Shown here piece after piece: positions 51,509 through 61,195 of a stretch of DNA of 64,000 nt (positions are counted from its first letter, which is position 1; every line of letters begins with the position of its first letter). The stretch is from assembly GCA_964199315.1 (NCBI GenBank), contig OZ116701.1:25544001-25608000 (forward strand). Direction: 5' to 3'. Position numbers and translations under genes: made by a program. The notes below the pieces were generated by a model, which was given only the letters and a program-made list of their open reading frames with translations, was not told the origin of the DNA and did not search any database. The DNA is from Orbicella franksi. Its lineage: Eukaryota.

Positions 51509-52445
51509 TAGCAAAATGGGGCGCGGCAGGAATGGTTTTCTCAATGCAAGCCACATGAAAAACAAAAAATTGAAAAAGGCAAGGAAAGAAGAGCCTTACT
51601 GGGATTTGGTAAAAATACATAAAGACAAAAGCCGTCAACAGACGGTATATCTGTTGGAAACACCGTTGATTGAATTAATGCAAAGTTTAGAACCACGAGA
51701 AACGGTCAAGGCACTTTTGAAATAAGCAGCCAATATTCTCTTATCAAAAAAAATATAAACATGCCTCGAGCAATCAGCTCTAATGGTGTTACTGTCACGT
51801 GACGCTGTGTTACAGACCAACAAAGGTGGCAAAACCCTCGTCGTGAGTGCTCGATGGCTGTTGTTGCCTAACCCTGGCTAGGGCTTCTCCCGCCGCTGAC
51901 AAGGCGGCTGTCATTCCCATTTAACCTCTGGGACAGAGGTTGAAATACCGAGGAATCTGTGAACACCTCCTGTTGCCAGTAGGGCCGGAGCGAGTTCACC
52001 CGGGGGTACCGTCTACTGGAAGACATCCCCCACCACTCCTAACAAAGCGCCTGCACGTGCCGTATTAGGAATTACAGGTGGCCACCCTGACATCCAAAAG
52101 CACCGCCATTTGCTTCGCTAACAATTGGTTATGCAAATCACATATTTATATTGCTTGGTCAGGCTTTCTGCATACTTGTGGTACTCTTTCTCTGTCATTC
52201 GCTGCACATGCGCAGAAAAATGACAAATTAATTTGGACAGACGTAAATGTTGCCGGGTATTAATTAGCTGTTTCAAACAAGGCATCGACGACTTCGCGTG
52301 TAATATCACGCACATTTTTTGGCCACTCTGGTGTGAAATATTCGTTCACAAGAAACGCAATCAAGTGTAAACAGACGATCATGTTCTTATAATATGCAAA
52401 TGACATCGTGTGTTTTTAAATGTTAATTCGAAGTGGCGGGATTGG

Positions 52446-53063
52446 TTATTTTTTTATCAGTTCGGCTTCAACTTTGCCGCGGATCTCTTTCTCTAGTTTG
52501 TCAGCATCGACAATCTTTCCGCTCGACGGTTGTCGAAGCAGATTAGCTCGTACTTGTTCTTTCAGGACGTTGTACTGCTGAAACTCGGAAAGAATGATGT
52601 CAAACTCGTGGGCCGACACGGCGTTGTTATTCAAAGCTTTGGATAACAATCTGTTGACTGTGTCACGTTTGGCGACGGCGAGCGGGGTAATCTCTTGATG
52701 CTTTTTAATTTTCGCCTCAAGTTTTCTGCTGGCGATTATCAGCCCTGAAGAAACGAGATCGAAACATCCGCCGACGCCACCTAACGGAACTATGGCCGGC
52801 AGGCCGACCACAGACAGAGCCGAGTCGAGGCTCGCGCTTGAAAACGCTGCAGAGAGAACACTCGAGCCCGCAGCACTCCAATTAACGAATTTCTTGGCCC
52901 GTTTGTATTTTTTCGCAACGAGGCGATAGTGTCTGACTTCTTGGCCCAAAGTGTTGGCCATCTCGTCGATCTTTTGCAAACGGAAATTTTCAGCAGGCGC
53001 CGTCAATACGGGATAGAGAGGCTCCTCAGGAGGAGCGGAAGGCAGAACGTTCGCAGACGACAT
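52446..53063 (-). CDS. Conserved Maverick membrane-type protein (PW / 'GasderminX'-like)
   Basis: LYPVL...NFRLQKIDE...KKYKRAKK, a central Gly/Ala hydrophobic stretch, then KKHQEI...LLSKALNN...EFDIILSE; intact 205-aa ORF. Confidence 0.75.
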   Translation of the reverse strand: MSSANVLPSAPPEEPLYPVLTAPAENFRLQKIDEMANTLGQEVRHYRLVAKKYKRAKKFVNWSAAGSSVLSAAFSSASLDSALSVVGLPAIVPLGGVGGCFDLVSSGLIIASRKLEAKIKKHQEITPLAVAKRDTVNRLLSKALNNNAVSAHEFDIILSEFQQYNVLKEQVRANLLRQPSSGKIVDADKLEKEIRGKVEAELIKK

Positions 53064-53078
53064 AGTATATATAAAGCT

Positions 53079-53752
53079 TTAATTAATTTCTAATTCAAAT
53101 TCCAGAGGCATGCCTTTGAAATCAAAGAGCTCCCCATGTTCATCTTTGACGCTGACGATTATGCTATTTACATGGGCGTCTATGGAGCAGTCACGCAACA
53201 CCTTTTGCAGGGTAGAATCGTAGCTTACTTTGGCATAAGGCAAGCCTTTTATGTCAAATCTAGCCAAAACATCGGACCTCTTCCCGTTTAAAAAATCTGT
53301 GGTTTTGTCGAGCAGATCGCAATGAATGAAATTGGTGCTTGGGCTGTTTAGCTTTTGAAATATGTAATATCGTTTAATGTCACCCCGATGCCAAGCAACC
53401 TAGTCAAAGGGTACCTAACTGAAATTTGTTCTGTTGAGACTGTTTCACTTCTTGTTATTTTTAGAACAGAGCTAGGCTTATTCATTTCTACTTCAATTTT
53501 TTCATCGTTGTTATGTTTTTTGAAACTTTTTCTCAGCTCTTTTGCAAGGCTCTCAACAGTATAATGACCCTGAGGCAAAGAGGCAAGCACCTTACCAGAA
53601 TTTTTGAAAGATATTAGCCCCACTCTTTCAAGATTGTGCCAGCTATTGTACAATATGCAAGAGAGGAGTCTGATGAAATGTACCTTCGGGAGTGGTTCCT
53701 CAAAGTACACGGTTTCTCCATTATTTTGCGCGACAATCGTAAGCACCACCAT
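53079..53752 (-). pseudogene. Minor capsid protein (penton-like)
   Basis: MVVLTIV...EEPLP...RLLSCILYNSWHNL...LPQGHYT; frameshift near 53350; C-terminus FIHCDL...VSVKDEHGELFDFKGMPLEFELEIN. Confidence 0.82.
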
Positions 53753-53780
53753 AATACTGTACAAATATAACATATTCAAA

Positions 53781-55418
53781 ATGGATAGCGCTGCGTTCAA
53801 GGACTTTGAAAAATGGGCGCAAAGGCCCGATACGAAAGCCAAAGAAGCCACGGCCCAGACAAACTCGTGGGCCGAATTCAAAAAACAGGTCCCGAATGCT
53901 GATAAAAACCAATTCGTGGCGCAAATCAACATCGATGAAAAGCGCAGCATTACGGCAGAAATGTTCTTCAAGGCAGGGGAAGGTTCTCTCCAAAGCGTGT
54001 TTGGGTCAGACAGGCGCTACTGGAGCCAAAAAATGAAATCTGCTCTTGGTTTGGCAAGTACGGCAGGCTTCCCTTATCAATTGTCGCCAATGAAAGCCAA
54101 AAACGCGCTAGCCATACCCGCTGAAAATTTTGCAGAGACACCTGCAAGCCTGAAAAAGATTTTCAACCAACCCATTAACATATATGTGACCCCAGACGTC
54201 TTCTTCGTGACAAAATTCAGAGAAATCTTTCAACAAACCAAGCTCAGGCATAACAGTGCATCTGAATCAAAGCGGTGGCTTGGTGGACCCCACATGTCAT
54301 ATTGGCCACAGCGGCTCAACTTCGCCGTGTTTTGTGCGACACAAGGCTGAAGAATTTCACGAGAAATCTTTGACAGCGGCCTGGCAATGCCGCCGCAAAT
54401 AAGGGCTTTTTATAAATTCCACGTGTATTTCACGGTAAGACGCATTTTGTACCAGCTTGGTGGAATTCAGAGCATCAGCGCTTTGCCATGCGACCTAACA
54501 TTCGACAAATCTAACAACCATTATGAGTGGCTTCATCCAACGGGATCTGCGATGAGTTCAGCATAGATTCATCCAGTGATTTTTGCTTCACACACGGGGC
54601 AAACCACGGGCTGGGAAGCATATACTTTTATGTGTCAGGGCACCCAACGAAGACAGAAAACCCGTTCCCAGGATACAATAAATTTAGTGATGAAGGTGGG
54701 AAAGCAATCAAAGGAAACCTGATTTCTTTCATCGAGCCGGAGGATGTGCCCCAGTACGACTGGTTCGCCCCCAACACAGCCTCTGGTTTGACGCAGGCAG
54801 GTCTGGTGCGCATAAACCAGTCGATCGAAGCGTTCGTGTACTGCATCTTGGGCGCGCAGGTCAACGTGCGCAGCAGTATTCTTGGCCAAGGCGGCCGGGC
54901 TAACGAAGCCCAGAGCAAGTTCCTTGTGTTGATGGAAGACGCTATCAGACAGCCCGACCTGGCCCAGAGCGTGCAAAGGTATCAGCTGGCGGTGGATGAA
55001 GCGAAGGTCAGGCTCAACCAGGTGGTCTGCCCGGGCGCTTGGCTGATGCCTGCGAGAATGATCATCAACACAGAAAGGACGGTGGGGTACAACAACAAGC
55101 TGAAACAGGCCGTTGCTGGGATAAAGCTGGGGGGTAAACAACGGGGTAAACCCGAGGACAAAAAAAGTCGCCCTCAAACTCATGGCAGGCGGCCCTTCAA
55201 AAATCAACCCACCCAACAGCCACCCATCTAACCCTATTCACAAAGAAGCCATGGCCGCCCAAACAGGCAAGCCGCAGCCAAAAAAAGAGGAGACCACGGG
55301 ACAAGAGGAGCCCACGGCACAAGAGGAGCAAAAAACTAGCCAACAGGAAATCAACAAAACAGCTGTGATAATAGGGGGCGTAGGGCTCGTGGCGTTGATC
55401 TTAATCGCCTTGCGTTAG
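53781..55418 (+). pseudogene. Conserved Maverick protein of unknown function (possibly PZ-like) with a C-terminal transmembrane segment
   Basis: WPQRLNFAVFCATQG*, KFHVYFTVRRIL, VRINQSIEAFVYCILGAQ...RSSI, VQRYQLAV, ending AVIIGGVGLVALILIALR; one stop and two frameshifts. Confidence 0.7.
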
Positions 55419-56963
55419 GCCCGTTTTTGATATATTTTTCAAAAATAAAGACAACAGCCGCCGAGATCAGAAGCCAGGTGTGCTCGGCGAGATAGCCAAC
55501 CACCTTCCCGGCCGTTTTGAAAAGAAAGCTCGCGACCTGGCCGATCGATATCAGCCCTGGGAGCAGGGCCCCATGCTTCGTGTCGATTTCTTTTAGGCCG
55601 GCCCACAAAGCTTTGCCGGTGGCCTTCAAAGCATTTGTAACCGTGCCGATCAGCCCCGATCGTGATGCCGGCTGCCAAAAAGGTGGCTGTCACAGTGACG
55701 CCATATTTTTTGAAAATTTCTTTGATTCTTTCGGCGAGAGAGAGAGCCCTTTCTCGTTCCTCAGTCTGAGTTTGCAAACGCGCGAGATCTTCGTTTCTTT
55801 CTGCCACACCAGCATCTGTGGCTTCTCTGGCGGAGAGGGTGGTGTTTTCATCTTGGATGACCGCCCGATCTTCTTCGTTTTGGCGCTGCAGCTCGCTTTC
55901 GAGCTCTTTCAGCTCATCAAGTGTTTGGGTTCTGTTGAACCTTTCTTCCAAGGCGTTTCTATGACTTTCTTTCGCTGCAACTCTTCCACTGAGGGTGTCG
56001 AGGTCCTTTTGGGCTTTTTCTCTGCTTTTGGATTGTTTTTTAAGAGAGGCTTCTTCTTTTTTTCACATTCGTCAGACGGTTCTTCAAAGCTTTTTGCTGG
56101 CTCTTTAAGGCTTCTGGGTCATAGTCTTTCAATCTTTCTTGTAAGATGGCAGTCTGGGCCTCCTTCTCCGCGATCTCGCGTTTCAGTCTGTCGCTCTCTA
56201 GCGACTCTTTTTCTTCTTTTGCGATCAAGTTCTACAACAGTTTTAGTTGTTTTCCAGCTTCTATAAGTTTTTCTCTGTCTTCTCTAACGTCCCCTGGGGG
56301 GTCTTTATTTATTTGCTCTTCTTGAAGAGCGATATATTCCGTGCGGATTTCCTCGGTTTTTTGCTTATAGGTTCTCACCTCTTGAGCCTGTCTTTCTTCT
56401 TCTGATGTTTGCACATTCAAGACCCTTTGAGCTTCTGCCATTCTTCGGGCATCTTCTTGAAGGCTGGCGTTTTCTTCAGCCATGATTGTTTCAAAAGAAG
56501 GCCCCAGAGCTTTTAGGATTTCTTTTGGAAGATTAGGGTTCAGCCTTTGATTTCCTGTCGTATTATCCTTTGTAAACAATGGGTAAAATTTTTTGCCAAA
56601 GCCAGACTTTTTAACTTGCAAACGTTTTTGGCTGTAAGAAATCTCAAGATCTATCGAGCTTGCCTCAGGAAACAGAGCCTTTCAAACATCCCACGACGTT
56701 TGTATTTCAGCTTGCGCTCCCAACAAAGGGGTTTCTTCATAATAAGAAGTGTCAGGCAGGCCGCTCTTCTCGTGTTGCCTCTTTTGCATTTCCAGTTCTT
56801 CACCTCCGTGGTAGGGGGTAGACGCCGCGCCCGGCTGAAGGGGTTGTGTTCTGTTCACCTCTTGTTCGTCGTCATCATCATCATCGTGGTCGATCTGGTT
56901 GTCAAGGTCAGGGTCATTGTAACAAAATTCGCCGCCGCCTTCCGCCATCGCAATATATTCCAT
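55410..56963 (-). pseudogene. Coiled-coil protein with C-terminal amphipathic/hydrophobic helices (adintovirus 'cupiennin-like' type)
   Basis: Acidic N-terminus, long coiled coil, IKEIFKKYGVTV, GKALWAGLKEI...LLPGLI...SFLFKTAGKVVGYLAEHTWLLISAAVVFIFEKY; several frameshifts. Confidence 0.72.
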
Positions 56964-57095
56964 ATATGTTCTTTTTAAATTAGAAAATAATCAAGGATTA
57001 ATATACCATGTCGTCTGCGAACGTTCTGCCTTCCGCTCCTCCTGGTGAAATCCCGGACGTGCTGCTTCCAACATACATGGCGAAATCTTTGGGGC

Positions 57096-58037
57096 CATGA
57101 AAACGAGGTGCTGGTGCCCGGCTCGCTGGCGCTGCGCTTTGACATCGACCTGGAGGGCGGGCACGCCGACAACGTTCTCGTTCGAAACGTTACGCGGGCG
57201 CTGGTCGACAAGCTCGTCGTAAAGTTTGCGGGCACCACCCTGCAAGACACGGTGGGGTACGGCATCTACAAAACGTTCGAAGACCTGTTTCTCCCGGTCC
57301 AAAAACGCGACAACATGGTGCAGGAGGGGATCCGGAGTGATAAATTGAACAAGATACGCTTAAACGCAGGCGACAGGGCAAGCGACCCTGCTGAAACCAA
57401 GCTCAACGAGACCTTCGGAAGCAAATACTACATCATGCTCGACCACCAGATCTTGACCGACCACGACATTTTCTACCCCCAGGCCCTGTACAACGACCTC
57501 ATTTTCGAAGTGACGCTCGCCCCTGCTTCACAGGTGGTCAGAGGCTCAGACCCCACCAAGCCGAAATACAAGCTGACCAACATCCAGCTCGAGTACGAAA
57601 TGATACGCAGTAAGTTCCTCGGAGCCGAGGCGCTCAGCGTGTATCAGAACGGCAAAGAATTCGCTTACGACCACGTGATGCGGCACAAAATCGTGAGCTT
57701 TAAAAAGGGCGCGGATTCGCGGCTGAACATCAAAGTCGACGCTCAGAAACGGTCCCTGAAAGGGATCCTATTGCTTTTCATGGAGCCGTATGTCGCAGGC
57801 GCCCGGGACTCGGAAAAATACATCTTCCCCGACATCACCAAAGTCAGCGTCACCATCAACGGCTCGCCAAACATGCTGTACAACGAAGGCATCGAAAGCT
57901 AGGACATGTGGAAAGAGGCCAGCCGCTTCTTTGTGAAAGAAAAAAGCAAAACCGAAAACATGACGCTGCAAAAGTTCTACACCGAAAACCGGTTTGAGAT
58001 GCTGATCAACCTGTGCTCCATGGCCGACCAAACGCTC
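57096..58037 (+). pseudogene. Major capsid protein (double jelly-roll), truncated at both ends
   Basis: ENEVLVPGSLALRFDI, NVTRALVDKLVVKFAG, YKLTNIQLEYE, RSLKGILLLF, FPDITKVSVTINGSPN; internal stop at 57900-57902. Confidence 0.88.
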
Positions 58038-58250
58038 TCGAGCATTGCGAAACCGTTCCGTGAAAATGTGGCGGTCATCGTGCTGTTCTACACCCCTTCG
58101 GCCAAGACAACGAGGGCGATTTTTGAAGAATACGCGGGAGAGCTTTCGCAAGGTGCCCTCAAGCAGCTGATTGCGAGGCTTAAAGAGAGCAAGTTCTCCC
58201 AACTTATTTTCTCTCTTCGCCACCCATACGAGATCGAATTTTCGAATTAA
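58038..58250 (+). pseudogene. Packaging ATPase C-terminal remnant fused in-frame to the MCP
   Basis: SIAKPFRENVAVIVLFYTPSAKTT...LIFSLRHPY matches the recalled post-Walker-B region of Maverick A32/FtsK-like ATPases; Walker A and B are absent. Confidence 0.7.
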
Positions 58251-58270
58251 AAAAGGAAAACGTTAACTAA

Positions 58271-58798
58271 ATGGCGGCCATTACCGATGACGATATGAAA
58301 GTTATGGAAGAAGTCGCTCAGATGCTCGAAACCGAGCCCTCAAACTCTCCAGGCCCCGCTCTTTCTCAGCCAGACATCCCAGCCCTCTGAGAAGAGCGTG
58401 CAATTCTGGTTTCTACAGGCAAAGCAAAGGAAGCTATCGGCGTGCAGCTTACACAAGAGCAGGTTAGCGCTTGGAAGCTAAAGATGTTGAAAAGTACTAC
58501 AAAAGGTATGAGACTTACGTAGGTGCCAAGATCACTGAAACCTTTGTCAATAGCTTTATCTCGGTTTACACCAGGGGAATTGGTATGTTTTTGCCGATTA
58601 AAGACGTTGAAGCTCTGCAGAAAGATCTCAAAAAGAGATTACGTCATCACCAAAGAGTTGTCCACCCTTGTCGGAAGTCTTGCGTTGAAATGTGGGCGGC
58701 TTCTCATGGTACTCAACACGGCACTGATCACAACGAAACATGTCGATCTCATTACTGCTAAGGATTGCCAAGCAGTTGCTGAACAAACTGCTGAATAA
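58271..58798 (+). pseudogene. Conserved Maverick hypothetical protein
   Basis: AILVSTGKAKEAIGVQLT...KYYKRYETYVGAK...DYVITKELS, spread over stops and frameshifts. Confidence 0.65.
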
Positions 58799-58854
58799 TT
58801 AGTAAGCTTTGCCCAGCAATTCCTCAATGAAATATTTTTTTGTTTAATAAAATA

Positions 58855-59276
58855 ATGGCAGATTCAGAAAACACTCAAGTCGAGCCGGCACAGGGTCAAG
58901 TTAATTCAAAAATACCAACCACACGGCCTGCGAAAAACCCGAACCGGATGGCTGCAGGCAGAGCCGTCGCTGCAAGAAAAAAGCCGCTGAAGCCGCGGGT
59001 CTCGTTCTTCCTAGCAAAAAGCAGCCAGGCGTTCATGAGGTGCCCGTTGATGAGGTGCCAAAGGAAGACACAAAAAAAGTTATCAGTATGACGCAGTGGC
59101 TCAGTATAATCAGCATCGCGGTTTCCGTCATTGGCCTCTATTAAAAACGCGAAGATATAAAAAAGTTTTTCAATCGACAGCCTGCTACGCCTCAACCAGC
59201 CGTCGAGATGCAAGCCCCTGTTGATACGCAGCTGCCTCGACCGGTGCAAAGAAGAGAGCTCTGGCATATGGATTGA
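58855..59276 (+). pseudogene. Small membrane-type protein
   Basis: KNPNRMAAGRAVAARKK then, after a frameshift, QWLSIISIAVSVIGLY. Confidence 0.55.
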
Positions 59277-59308
59277 TATTTGAAAATAAAAACGATGTAC
59301 ATTATGCG

Positions 59309-59501
59309 ATGTCAGACAATAAGCTCGTTAATACGATAATGGATGCGGTCGTTCTCACCGAAAAAGGTGGTAAAAGAAAACTTTACCTCTGACCCGAGCA
59401 GCGGTGTCATGCAATATGCAAAATTTACGGCTGTCCTGTCAGGTAGCATCGCACTCAAACAGTACCTTGAAGACCAAAAAATTCTTCCGTCTTCGGTTTA
59501 G
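59309..59501 (+). pseudogene. Small hydrophobic protein remnant
   Basis: MSDNKLVNTIMDAVVL...KFTAVLSGSIALKQYLEDQKILP with a frameshift. Confidence 0.5.
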
Positions 59502-59527
59502 AAGAAAGAAATATTGTCATAATACCA

Positions 59528-59761
59528 ATGCCACGTTGTCATTTTTTCCTCAAAGCCCTCTCAACGGTTGCGTTATTATATTTTTCAATGAAGATATCTT
59601 ATTATACCGCTGATGCCATAAAATTTGTTTGGTTGGATGCTATTGAGGATTCCGATTAGGAGGACTCTGATTTTGAGGATCTCGGTACTGAACACTTTCC
59701 ATTACCGGACAAATGCCTTACGCCTCCTCCGTACGAACCCCCACCGCCATACGATAATTGA
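59528..59761 (+). pseudogene. Small protein with N-terminal hydrophobic segment, acidic linker and tandem PPxY motifs
   Basis: My translation: MPRCHFFLKALSTVALLYFSMKISYYTADAIKFVWLDAIEDSD*EDSDFEDLGTEHFPLPDKCLTPPPYEPPPPYDN*. Confidence 0.65.
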
Positions 59762-59785
59762 AAAAAACATTTTTACACATATACA

Positions 59786-60211
59786 ATGGCGAGCATTGCG
59801 ATGATGATTGGGGGCGCGATTCTTAACGCCGCTGCTTTTTCCGGCGGCAACTACCTTGTCAGATATCTGTCTGGCGACAGTGGGAAAGCGGCATTGGCAG
59901 AGAAAACACGACACGACAAAGCCCTTGAAGCTTATCAAGCCGCTATGGCCAAATACACGCGCGACCGCACCGTGCTTCTTGATTGGATCGAAACCAACAG
60001 AGAAATCAAAGAACAGGCGAAGCAGAACTTCACGAACACCGACTACGCGTTCAAACTCTATAACCAGGCCCACCCAGACAAACAGATCACAATCAAAGAG
60101 CCTCGCTTCGCTGACTTTTATCAGCCCAGTGAGTAGCAGAAATAAGGCGAGCTGCTTTTTGTGGACAGCAGCGCGCTCGCTCTCGGCTAAGCGGCTTTCC
60201 GTTTTCTTTGA
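59786..60211 (+). pseudogene. Conserved small Maverick protein with hydrophobic N-terminus
   Basis: MASIAMMIGGAILNAAAFSGGNYL...RHDKALE...FADFYQPSE*QK*GELLFV; the frame continues past premature stops. Confidence 0.7.
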
Positions 60212-60232
60212 ACGTGAAGGTGTAATAAATAA

Positions 60233-61195
60233 ATGGACGCCAAGCTTGCCAAAGTCTACTACAGCCCACAGGGTTACTGGAGAGGCATCGCTGCCATCAA
60301 AAAATTAGCGGAAGCTGCGAAAGTCCCTGAAGAAACCGCCAAGCAGTGGCTCATCAAACAAGCCCTCTGGCAAATCTATCTCCCCGCGCCGCGATATGTT
60401 CCACGGCCCAAATTCGACGTATCGTCGCCTAACGCGGTCTACCAGGCGGACCTTCTTTTTCTGCCTCATGACAAGCCCCCTCGCGACCGCAAAGTTTACA
60501 AATACGCGCTGACTGTTGTCGACGTCGCCAGCTGTTACAAAGAGGCAGAACCTCTGACCTCCAAAGACTGCGGAGGTTGCGAAAGCTTTTCAGTCGATTT
60601 ACAAGCGCAGCCCTTTGACGTGGCTTCAGCTGCTGCAGGTCGACCCTGGGCGCGAGTTCATGGGAAGCGTGACCAAAGAAATGGAAAACCCCAAAAGTCG
60701 ACACGGGCGCCCTGAAATTCACAGAGACCAGGCTATCGTGGAACGGTTCAACCGCACGCTCGCCGAGCGCTTGTTTGGGCATCAGTATGCTGTAGAAATG
60801 CTTTTGCCTTCGGTTCAGCGGTCGACTGCCTGGGTCAAAAGGCTTCCCGACGTTGTTGCCGCTCTTACCGGCGAAGTCACTAGTCTTATCGGAAAAAAAC
60901 CGGCTGTCGCTATCAAAGAGAAATCTGTCGCCTCCAAACCCTCTACTTATTAAAACTCCCCTCACTTCTTAGTGTAAGATATTTGTATCAGCCCAGCGAA
61001 CTTGAAGGCGGGACTAAAAGAGCCACAGACCCAGTTTGGTCTTTGAAAGTACACCATCTTGAAAGAACTGTAACCAAACCGAACGAACCTGTTGTCTATT
61101 ATTTGTCTGACGGGCCTTAGCGCGGTTTTGTTCGCGAAGAGCTGTTGGTTGTGCCTCCTAATACGCAGCTTCCTCCCGAAAAAGTCCGTTCCTGA
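60233..61195 (+). pseudogene. Retroviral-type (rve) integrase
   Basis: YYSPQGYWRG, DDE residues in QADLL, VDPGREF and VERFNRTL; C-terminal VRYLY...RATDPVWS...YYL...GFVREEL; frameshifts and stops. Confidence 0.93.

Noticed and set aside
51868-51875. CTAACCCT resembling a telomerase RNA template
   Set aside because: Only 8 nt; I found no matching pseudoknot partner strand or H/ACA-type 3' domain.
51830-52075. HDV-like, hammerhead or twister ribozyme in the GC-rich island
   Set aside because: Manual threading on both strands failed (no P1/P1.1 after TCCTCG, no CTGANGA/GAAA core).
52134-52402. Two ATGCAAAT octamer motifs suggesting an adenovirus-like origin
   Set aside because: 8-mers about 2 kb from the presumed end with no accompanying origin core; chance cannot be excluded.
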